From Macrostomum lignano (taxonomy: Eukaryota), in NCBI GenBank assembly GCA_002269645.1, contig NIVC01000543.1, positions 1 through 64,000 of the forward strand: a DNA stretch of 64,000 bases. The letters are read 5' to 3'. Under the pieces are notes generated by a model, which did no database searches, was not told the DNA's origin, and saw only the letters and a list, made by a program, of their open reading frames with translations. Below are positions 21,728-31,720 of the stretch, one piece after another. The stretch's first letter is position 1. Each line of letters opens with the position of its first letter. The position numbers and the translations under genes were made by a program.

Positions 21728-24031
21728 TCAATCCGTTGCTGAATACCAGCGCGTCAGGAACTCCACCACAGCATCCTCGCTGTCGCCGCACCGGGGGCAC
21801 AGCGCCGCAGGCGGGAACTGCACCTTCGGGTGTTGTGGGTCTTCGGACGGCCGGCCGGCGAGGCGGCGGTTGACGCGGTTGTGCAGCCGCCACAGCCACA
21901 GCAGCTCCTGGCGGGCCGGCATTGGCTCGGCTGGCAGGTCGACCGATTCGCGGGCAAAGTTGCGGCCGCAGCGGCTGCAGGAGAAGCAGTTCACGATGAA
22001 GGCGCGCATGACTGGCGCCACAGGCTGCGCCACGGCGTCCCCGGTCTTCAAGCGCAGCGCTGTTAGGCTGTGAAACAGCTGCGAAGTGCCAGAGGGTCGG
22101 GCGTTGGTCGGCATGAAAATTATTAGGAAAATCAACAAGGAGGATTTAAAACTGGCGACAAAAACACGCTGGACCCACCTGCCACAGGCCGCACGGGTAG
22201 CCTCTAAAGTAGGGCCGCGAGCCGGCGCAGGCCACCCAGTTGTCCGGCGGCTTCTCGGGGAAACCGGACTCGGCCAGCAGGTGCTGCCAGACAGCGGCCG
22301 ACGCTTCGCCAGCCAAGGCGGCCGGCAGCGACTCCGGCATGGCGGCGGCCAGGCGACCGGCGGCAGGCAGCAGCGGGGCGGCTAGCCTGGCGACGTCGCG
22401 GGCCGCTCGCCAGACCCGGGGCCGGCCGGGTCCGGCCAGCGCCACGTCCGACACCAGGGCGCGGATCAGCGCGCTTTTCAAGTCCGCCTGTGTCGGCGGC
22501 CGCGGCGCCATCGGACTTGACGGTGCGGTGTCGCCTGTCGGCGTGGGGCGCGTCGGCTGCTTCAAGCCGATGAGGCGGCGCAGGCTGGCGGCATCGCTGG
22601 CCGAGCCAGCCGGGGCGCTGGAGCCGTCAGCGGCCACGCGGCTCAGCCGCACGGCGGGGGCGGAGTCCGCCGACGCTCGCCAGCGCAGGCTGCGGATGTA
22701 CAGCGCCTCAAGAATGAGGCCGCGCGACAGGACGCCGGGCCGCGGCTCCTCCAGTATGAAATCGCAGTCTGCAGTTTCGCTGAAAGAGCAGGGTTTCCAC
22801 CATCAGCACTCAGCACGGCATCTCTTACTGGTGCAATCCGCCATCAGCACTCAGCACAGCATCTCTTACTGGTGCAATCCGCCATCAGTACTCAGCACAG
22901 CACTGAGAGTCAGGACCGGAACTCACCCGAGCTGCAGCGGACGCAGCTGCGGCACAAAGGGCTCCATGAGGTCCAGCAGCCGCTCGGGCAGCTCGCTGGT
23001 GTCCCTGGGCAGGGCGGCGGAGAAGCCGCTGGCCCAGCTGCAGTTGGGCGCCACATAAAGCAGCGACGGTACACCGGAGAGGCCGAAGTGCCGCATCGCC
23101 CGGGCATTACTTTGCTTCGCCACGTTGATCACCCCGATGCGCAGAGTATAACGCCAGGCTGAGGAGAAACCCAGTTTACAATTCGTCCGATATTCAGAAT
23201 CCGACGGCGACAGAAAATATTTTTGGGTGGTGGGGGCCCTGCTTTGCGCCCTTGGGAGTCGATGGGTATTGGCACACTACTGTGGTTGGGGCTTTTCTCG
23301 GTGCCCGATATGATAATGAGACATTTATTGGGAGAAGTGGTAGACTAGAGCTCGAGTTCCAGATTTCCTGCAATTGCTACTCGCAACAGTCAACTTCGCC
23401 CTTAACTGCTCGACAAAGTAGGCAGTACCGAGTACTCGTACCCAAGTAACTTCTATTGATTAACGTCTATTGATAATCGACTGGGCTTCAAGCCTCTTTA
23501 ACATTAGATGAACAGGTGATGAGCCAGTGACTCCGCAACCCTCTCACCCAAGACTGACTGTTCAGAGAGCCCTGAATCCAAGTCAGAAAGCGGTCAATGT
23601 ACACCCGTAGTGATTTTCTCACAAGGACCAATTCAGTCTTGTCTCGAGTACTAGTGCCGTTACGAGCGTAATGACCAGTCTAGGGGATGCATGCAATTTG
23701 GGAAAAACGGATTTCCCGGGTGACTGGTGGACTCACGCCAAAGTTTGCTGGCCAGCTTCTTGAATGCGCCGGAGTAAGCAATGCAGTGGCCGCAGTAGGC
23801 GTGGTAAACCTGCAGCAGCCAGTGCCGCTGCCGGCCTGGGTCAAAGACTGCCGCTCTCAGCTGACGGAAGTCTAGCAGGGTGACGCCGTCAACTGGGCTG
23901 TAGAGCTCGCCACTGCCTGCGCTGACAGGGCCAGCAGCAGTGGCCAGAAGCAGCAGCAGCAGCAGCAGTGGCAGCAGAGGGAAAAATCTGGCGGCGTAGG
24001 GCCGACCAGATGGGCGGCGGCAGCTCAGCAT
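21728..24031 (-). CDS. QSOX: Quiescin sulfhydryl oxidase; exons 24031-23737, 23158-22927, 22779-22179, 22078-21728 (492 aa)
   Basis: Signal peptide, 'ELYSPVD', Trx CxxC 'YCGHC', 'WVACAGSRPYFRGYPCGLWQ|LFHSLT', Erv CxxC 'FSCSRC', 'WLWRLHNRVNRRL', 'EDPQHPKVQFPP..CPRC'. All junctions are GT-AG and in frame (1479 nt). Confidence 0.93.
22800..22901. repeat. 41-bp repeat x2.5 filling most of QSOX intron 2
   Basis: CCATCAGCACTCAGCACGGCATCTCTTACTGGTGCAATCCG at 22800, 22841 and partially at 22882. Confidence 0.85.
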
Positions 24032-24175
24032 CGGCGGACGCCCTCGATGGCGCGGCGATCGGCTATTTCGGGAAGCTCAGCATGCGGTGCAACTGAAAAA
24101 TGCACCCAGCGCACCACAGTGGCATTGTAAATAGTTCTGCCTATTCTCCGATTGGACTGTTGAAAAGGGGGGATG

Positions 24176-25800
24176 GAGCGTGTCAGTTGTGTCAGGTGTC
24201 AGGTGTCAGTTGGAGCGTGTGTCAGATTGCCCAAGGTGTCAGTTGGAGCGTGTGTCAGATTGATCAAGGTGTCAATTGGAGCGTGTGTCAGATTGCTCAA
24301 GGTGTCAGTTGGAGCGTGTGTCAGATTGATCAAGGTGTCAGTTGGAGCGTGTGTCAGATTGCCCAAGGTGTCAGTTGGAGCGTGTGTCAGATTGCCCAAG
24401 GTGTCAGTTGGAGCGTGTGTCAGATTGCCCAAGGTGTCCGCTGGAGCGTGTGTCGGATTGATCAAGGTGTCAGCTGGAGCGTGTGTCAGATTGATCAAGG
24501 TGTCAGTTGGAGCGTGTGTCAGATTGCCCAAGGTGTCAGTTGGAGCTTGTCAGATTGCTCAAGGTGTCAGTTGGAGCGTGTGTCAGATTGCCCAAGGTGT
24601 CAGTTGGAGCTTGTCAGATTGCTCAAGGTGTCAGTTGGAGCGTGTGTCAGATTGCCCAAGGTGTCCGCTGGAGCGTGTGTCAGATTGATCAAGGTGTCAG
24701 TTGGAGCGTGTGTCAGATTGCCCAAGGTGTCAGTTGGAGCTTGTCAGATTGCTCAAGGTGTCAGTTGGAGCGTGTGTCAGATTGCCCAAGGTGTCAGTTG
24801 GAGCTTGTCAGATTGCTCAAGGTGTCAGTTGGAGCGTGTGTCAGATTGCCCAAGGTGTCCGCTGGAGCGTGTGTCAGATTGATCAAGGTGTCAGTTGGAG
24901 CTTGTCAGATTGCTCAAGGTGTCAGTTGGAGCGTGTGTCAGATTGCCCAAGGTGTCAGTTGGAGCTTGTCAGATTGCTCAAGGTGTCAGTTGGAGCGTGT
25001 GTCAGATTGCCCAAGGTGTCAGTTGGAGCTTGTCAGATTGCTCAAGGTGTCAGTTGGAGCGTGTGTCAGATTGCCCAAGGTGTCCGCTGGAGCGTGTGTC
25101 AGATTGATCAAGGTGTCAGTTGGAGCTTGTCAGATTGCTCAAGGTGTCAGTTGGAGCGTGTGTCAGATTGCCCAAGGTGTCAGTTGGAGCGTGTGTCAGA
25201 TTGCCCAAGGTGTCCGCTGGAGCGTGTGTCAGATTGATCAAGGTGTCAGTTGGAGCGTGTGTCAGATTGCTCAAGGTGTCAGTTGGAGCGTGTGTCAGAT
25301 TGCCCAAGGTGTCAGTTGGAGCTTGTCAGATTGCTCAAGGTGTCAGTTGGAGCGTGTGTCAGATTGCCCAAGGTGTCCGCTGGAGCGTGTGTCAGATTGA
25401 TCAAGGTGTCAGTTGGAGCTTGTCAGATTGCTCAAGGTGTCAGTTGGAGCGTGTGTCAGATTGCCCAAGGTGTCAGTTGGAGCGTGTGTCAGATTGCCCA
25501 AGGTGTCCGCTGGAGCGTGTGTCAGATTGCCCAAGGTGTCAGTTGGAGCTTGTCAGATTGCTCAAGGTGTCAGTTGGAGCGTGTGTCAGATTGCCCAAGG
25601 TGTCAGTTGGAGCGTGTGTCAGATTGCCCAAGGTGTCAGTTGGAGCGTGTGTCAGATTGCTCAAGGTGTCAGTTGGAGCGTGTGTCAGATTGCCCAAGGT
25701 GTCAGTTGAGCGTGTGTCAGATTGCCCAAGGTGTCAGTTGGAGCGTGTGTCAGATTGCCCGAGGTGTCAGTTGGAGCGTGTGTCAGATTGCTCAAGATGT
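24176..25800. repeat. 33/31-bp minisatellite, about 50 copies, with higher-order structure
   Basis: GTGTCAGTTGGAGCGTGTGTCAGATTGCCCAAG (33 bp) and GTGTCAGTTGGAGCTTGTCAGATTGCTCAAG (31 bp). Equivalent ORF starts at 24507, 24701 and 24895 give a 194-bp period. Confidence 0.95.
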
Positions 25801-26245
25801 CGCTTGGAGCCTATGTGAGATAAGATGAACTCTGCCATTCTAGCAATGACCAATGAATTAAAAAAGGAACAAGCACATCAGAGCGGTATGAGTAAAAACT
25901 AGAAGACTAAGGTTTATTTGCTCTCAGCGTGAGGCCTAACACATAGGAAATTAAATAAACTGCATCTAACTGCCGTGCTAATCACTTAAACCATAGTAAA
26001 AGTCTGCCAAAATTGTTTGTGAGGTTCAGCCGGGCGTACAGTGCAAAAAGTACATTGTACACCCGGACGCGGCAAACTACACATAAAAAGTGCTCTTGTA
26101 AACAGTGCGATACGTGTGTGACATCGAGAAAACTGAGGACTAAATAAAACTGTGGATAACAACAGAGAAGGTATTGATATTGCCTGCCATCCCTTCAGCC
26201 ATGTGCGAAACAATGGGACAGCTGGTGAACCTAATAAAGGACTGT

Positions 26246-26870
26246 TGACCCTAATGACTAGATACTGCTGACCCTAATGACTAGATACTGCTGACCCTAA
26301 TGACTAGATACTGCTGACCCTAATGACTAGATACTGCTGACCCTAATGACTAGATACTGCTGACCCTAATGACTAGATACTGCTGACCCTAATGACTAGA
26401 TACTGCTGACCCTAATGACTAGATACTGCTGACCCTAATGACTAGATACTGCTGACCCTAATGACTAGATACTGCTGACCCTAATGACTAGATACTGCTG
26501 ACCCTAATGACTAGATACTGCTGACCCTAATGACTAGATACTGCTGACCCTAATGACTAGATACTGCTGACCCTAATGACTAGATATTGCTGACCCTAAT
26601 GACTAGATACTGCTGACCCTAATGACTAGATACTGCTGACCCTAATGACTAGATACTGCTGACCCTAATGACTAGATACTGCTGACCCTAATGACTAGAT
26701 ACTGCTGACCCTAATGACTAGATATTGCTGACCCTAATGACTAGATACTGCTGACCCTAATGACTAGATACTGCTGGCCCCAATGACCAGATAAAACTGC
26801 TGGCCCCAATGACCAGACAAAACTGCTGGCCCCAATGACCAGATAAAACTGCCGACCCAAATGATCAGAT
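26246..26870. repeat. 23-bp tandem repeat (TGACCCTAATGACTAGATACTGC) x23, degenerating rightwards
   Basis: Near-perfect from 26246 to 26775, followed by diverged GGCCCCAATGACCAGATAAAACT units. Confidence 0.95.
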
Positions 26871-27911
26871 AACAGACCAGATAAGCAGCAATATGAACAG
26901 CAACACAAGCTGCTAAAACTCCAGCGCACTAAGAGGAACGCATTTCGCGATGAGACAAAGCTTGGTCGGACAAAGAGTGAATGCAACAGAAGCTGAATTT
27001 GTAGAGCAAAAGGCGTTGATGCCAGTAAAGAGATTTTCTTTGCTAATACTTGGAGACGCAGATTAAAGTACATGGCTTTACAAAAAATTTTCTTTGACAA
27101 AGAAATGTCGCCTCGAATGGTAAAATATAGAGCCGAGCCGACACTAAAACAGTACATTGTGCAGGGGAAAATCAATGTTTGCAATCTCAGGCCTACTAAC
27201 AAGTAGTAAGTTAACATTAGCATAATTAATTGCTTCTCGATTGCTAAGACAAATAAAAAGAAGAGTCAGCTAACAGCGATTTAACATCTCTAATTTAATG
27301 CGAGCTACAAGTGGGAAAGGAAGAAAGAAAGGAAGAAGAAAGAAAACCCTGATACTGGCTGAGTTCTGTGGCTTTAAATACGTCGTAGTCTTCATTTTGC
27401 CCCGTAAGCAACATTTTGGAACTCCTACAATGCTAAAAAAGACACTGCGAGTTAAATTTTAGGCAACAGGCAGTTCCCAAACTGTGCCACACAAATATGC
27501 AAACTATTTCTAAACACAATAGAATTTTAAGTTAGACAATGAACAGATTTTTTGCCCCGGCAGTAGGACACAGACAAGAGAGCAGGTGCGCGGTGAGTAA
27601 AAATACAGACTGCCAGCTTGAGCCTGCTCACTCACTGCTAAATAATATGCTCTGAGAATTCGCCCCAGCTCAGAGCCTACAGAGGGTTGAATGTCAGGTT
27701 GTGAGCAATATTTAAAAACATTCTACGAGTAGAAACAGTAGCCGAATGAGAAGGGAGCTGAACAAAAAAAACCACACAAAAATGTGAGAAGAGACTCGAA
27801 TACCCTGGGTGAGCGAGTGTGCCAGAATGAAGCTTTCCGAATCGTTTTTCTGCAACTTCAGCCAGACAGCAGGTGAAGCAGGCGAGAAAAGACAGAGCGG
27901 GGGCGGTGAAG

Positions 27912-29991
27912 TCAGCGGCAGAACTCCTGGTCCTCGTTGCTGTACTCCAGCTTCGGGTGCGCCCTGGGGATCAGGCTGATGACGGCAATGAGAATCGCCA
28001 TGACGTAGGCGGAGAAGAACACGCGGTCCAGGATGAGCGCGAAGGTGCGCCACTCCATGGCCAGCACGTTCTTGCGCTCCTTCTCCTTGAGGCGGCTCAG
28101 GTACATCCGCAGGCAGCGCTTCACCTCGCGCACGTCCTTTTCCACCGCGCCAGCGTGGCCGCCAGCCAGGATCGGAGAGTCCTCGGCAGCGTTGCTCGGA
28201 CGGCGAGAGTCGAACTTATTGTACTTCAGCTGCGGCATGTGCAGCTTCGGCTGCGGGGTCGGGGCCGGCGTCTTTGACTAAGCAGGCAGACAGACAGGCA
28301 ACCAGCTGCACTCACCTGCAGACAGACAGACAGACAATCAGCTGCACTCACCTGCAGACAGACAGACAGGCAACCAGCTGCACTCACCTGCAGACAGACA
28401 GACAGGCAACCAGCTGCACTCACCTGCAGACAGACAGACAGGCAACCAGCTGCACTCACCTGCAGACAGACAGACAGGCAACCAGCTGCACTCACCTGCA
28501 GACAGACAGACAGGCAACCAGCTGCACTCACCTGCAGACAGACAGACAGGCAACCAGCTGCACTCACCTGCAGACAATCACTTAAAATCACCTGCAGACA
28601 ATCAGTTAAAATCACCTGCAGATGGACACAAAAGCCAAAACCCCCAAACGAATTAAATAAGACCATCGAGAAGGCAAACTCACCTGGTGCGGCTGAGCAG
28701 GCGATGTGGCCAGACTGCCGTGCTGCTGATTCTGTGGCTGCGAGGAGAGCAGCTGCTGCTGCGGCGGCGGCTTGTGGCTGGCCAGCGGGATGCTCTGCCG
28801 CACCATGTAGAGCCGGCCGATGCCCTCGATGACCAGCTGGCGGACGAAAGGGCTCAGCGGGGCGCGGCGATCGGCGCCAAAGTGCAGATTGACGACAATG
28901 ACAGCCAGAAAGGTGCTGAGGGTGATCATGATCATGTTCAGGCAGTAGTAGTAGCCAATCAGCGGGAAGTTTTTCACGGCGGATGGGGTGGTCTCGGCCA
29001 GCAACAGCATCAAGATGAAGAAGGCCACGAAGATGTTCATGCCGAGCTGCATCTTGGCTGGAGACTCGGGCGGCAGCCAGAAGATGACCCAGGTGAGGCA
29101 GGAGAGCAGAATGCAGGGCAGTACAAGAATGGAGAGGTAGAAAGAGGCGCTGCGCCGCATGAGCACCCGGTAGCGCAGGGTCTTGTAGGTGCGGTTGTAC
29201 TGCTTGCCGTCCGCGGACTGGAAGGTGACGGTGCGGCAGCGAACCACGGAGCGGATCTGCAGGCGCCGGCGCGATGGCCAGATGCCCGGCTCGTCCTCGC
29301 CGTCGGTGCGCCACTCCTGGCTGCGGATGTAGTTGGTGTAGTCGATATACGGGTTGGGCTCCAGGCCCTGCGTGTTGTTGTCGTAGGTGATCTCGTAGTC
29401 GTACCAGGTGATGTTCATCTGGGTCATGTCGTAGGTCCAGGAGCCGAACTCGAGCTGGCAAAGTTGCGTGTCGAACGGGAAGTGCAGGATCTCAACTGGA
29501 CAGGTGCTCTTGAACAGCGACTGCGGCACCCACAGCACCGAGCCGTCCTCGTACACCACGATGCGAGCCTCCCGGCGCTCCGACAGCCGCTCGTCAGCGA
29601 AGTTTAGCAGTTGAATGTCCGGCGTCCAGATGAGGTCGGGGAACACGCGGATCTGCGTGAGGTTTTTGAACAAGGGGTGGGACCAGTTCCGCCAGTTCAG
29701 ATGATGGTCCCGCCACTGGTACCGCAGCCAGCAGTTCGTGCGCAGCAGCTGCTTGTTCTCGTCCAGGTCAAGGATCTGCACGAACGCCAGACCGAACTTG
29801 ATCTGAACCAGGTTGTCGTACTCCTTGACGGGCCGGCCCAGCAGGCCTTTCTCCCGGTACCTGCTAATTAGCTCCTCAATTAGCAGCTTCTCGTTTGACC
29901 GGTTCGATGCCACAGACGCCAGGCGACTGCCTTGGCAACCATTGCCAAGCAGATTTAACAGCAAAAGGACGGCCAAAAATATGTTTGGCAT
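27912..29991 (-). CDS. Cys-loop ligand-gated ion channel, nicotinic-type non-alpha subunit with an anion-type filter; exons 29991-28684 and 28277-27912 (557 aa)
   Basis: Signal peptide, 'GRPV', 'IWTPDIQLLN', Cys-loop 'CPVEILHFPFDTQLC', 'FGSWTYD', M1-M3, M4 'WRTFALILDRVFF'. CAG|GTGAGT...TAG|TCA phase-0 intron. No vicinal cysteines in loop C. Confidence 0.93.
28281..28622. repeat. 36-bp repeat x8 plus two 24-bp variants in the receptor intron
   Basis: CTCACCTGCA at 28311, 28347, 28383, 28419, 28455, 28491, 28527 and 28563; ATCACCTGCAG at about 28588 and about 28611. Confidence 0.95.
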
Positions 29992-30726
29992 GACTAAAAT
30001 AGAGCATTAAGGTTTCAATGAGCAGTTTCAGGAAATAGTTTAAAAATATTGGTAAATAGGCAGCTAAAGTTAATATATCGATAGCATAAATTTATTGGAT
30101 AAAAATGAAATAGTCAAACTAGAGTCTGCATGTAAGCCAAGGAGACAATTTTAAATGTAGTCCTTTAGCAAAGAACTGTTGAAAAACAAAAAGGCCTAGC
30201 CAAAAAGAGCAAAATAGCTTAGTGAAAGGCTTAACACAAAGCTTACTTAAATACTTAAATTTGCTTTATAAATAAGTAACTGTAAATAAACATTAACATA
30301 TAATTATTAGATAAATGAGTTTTCTATTTTAATTATTTATTTTATTACCTATACAAATTCTAGTCTAACTATTGCTCTTATTTGTGATATAGTATATTGC
30401 AAGCACATAAATATTTTTTAAGGCTATACAAACAAACTTAACACCATACAATAGAACAATTATTCAATAGGTATATAAACTATATGATAAGTAAAAATTA
30501 TAAATCAATATCTAAATTAACACAAATAAAGGAATTTTTAATTTAATATAATTAAGAGCTGCATTTAAAATTAAGCTTTAACATAAAGTATTTACATAAA
30601 ACTGAAATAGAAAAATTGAATGGTTTCTCTAAATAAAGTAAACTAATTATTTTTAATATAATTCAATACTATAGAAACAAAAAATGTTAGAGCTATATAT
30701 TTAAACTTAAAAAATTGGTTATACTA

Positions 30727-31720
30727 CGAGGGGTGTCCAAAAAGTAGTGATACTTTTAACCGTAGCTCTCGTTCTGTAGCTTCCTGTGATTTAAAATTTT
30801 ATGAACTGATAGCGGAAAATCTCTTCTACAGACTGCTTTTTGAATTTTTAAAATTGATACTAGAGAACAAAAGTTATACCCACGAAAGTAACAGTACCTG
30901 TACCATAGAGTTACACAAATTATATCGAAATTTATAGTAGTTGACTTCTGCACTCATTCATTAAGAAGGCATCGATAAATGTCTTGTTTAAGCAATACCA
31001 AACCCCAATTGCAAAATGTTGCTCACTGTGACTGACTGAAATTTATCTATGGACGGGATCAGGCGCAGAAAAATAAAGCATTAAATGCATTACTTTACTT
31101 GCAAACAGAGGATCGCTTGCATTTTGCGATTCGTTCATGATTTCATTGCCCATACTCGACAACACACATGAATGTGCACTCAGTTGTTGCTCAGCAAAGT
31201 ACTATCTTCACTCTTTGGGGCGCTGGCCATGGTGCCTCAGAAATTCACGCAAAACTTTGCTCTGCGCACGGATCCTCTGCGGTCAGCAAAATGACAGTTT
31301 ATCGATGGATGGAGCAGTTCAGCGAGGGAAGGATTGACTTGGCAGATCAGCATTGGACGGGGCGGCCATACGTTCATCGACCTGATGTACTGGCGGACTC
31401 CATTCTGAATCTTCTTGACGAGGACTCCCGAATGACCATTAGAGAGATCGCTGACAGGTTGGACAAGCCGAAATCAACAATTCATCGAAGCTTACTCGGC
31501 ATGGATCTCGTGAAGCTCAGCCTATAATTTGTGTAACTCTATGGTACAGGTACTGTTACTTTTGTGGGTATAACTTTTGTTCTCTGGGATCAATTTTAAA
31601 AATTCAAAAAGCAGTCTGTAGAAGAGATTTTCCGCTATCAGTTCATAAAATTTTAAATCACAGGAAGCTACAGAACGAGAGCTACGGTTAAAAGTATCAC
31701 TACTTTTTGGACACCCCTCG
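30727..31720 (+). mobile_element. Non-autonomous mariner/Tc1 derivative, 994 bp, with about 198-bp TIRs and a TA target duplication
   Basis: TA|CGAGGGGTGTCCAAAAAGTAG...CTACTTTTTGGACACCCCTCG|TA. The inverted repeats at 30727-30924 and 31523-31720 differ at only a few positions. Confidence 0.93.
31168..31527 (+). CDS. Mariner transposase N-terminal DNA-binding region only (two HTH motifs, no DD34D domain)
   Basis: 'ASEIHAKLCSAHGSSAVSKMTVYRWMEQFSEG..LAD..GRP' and 'RMTIREIADRLDKPKSTIHRSL'. The stop codon falls inside the right TIR. Confidence 0.8.
   Translation: MNVHSVVAQQSTIFTLWGAGHGASEIHAKLCSAHGSSAVSKMTVYRWMEQFSEGRIDLADQHWTGRPYVHRPDVLADSILNLLDEDSRMTIREIADRLDKPKSTIHRSLLGMDLVKLSL

Noticed and set aside
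28226-29461. 411-aa alternative-frame ORF running through the receptor intron
   Set aside because: Off-frame overlap of the receptor exon plus the repeat; no independent coding signal.
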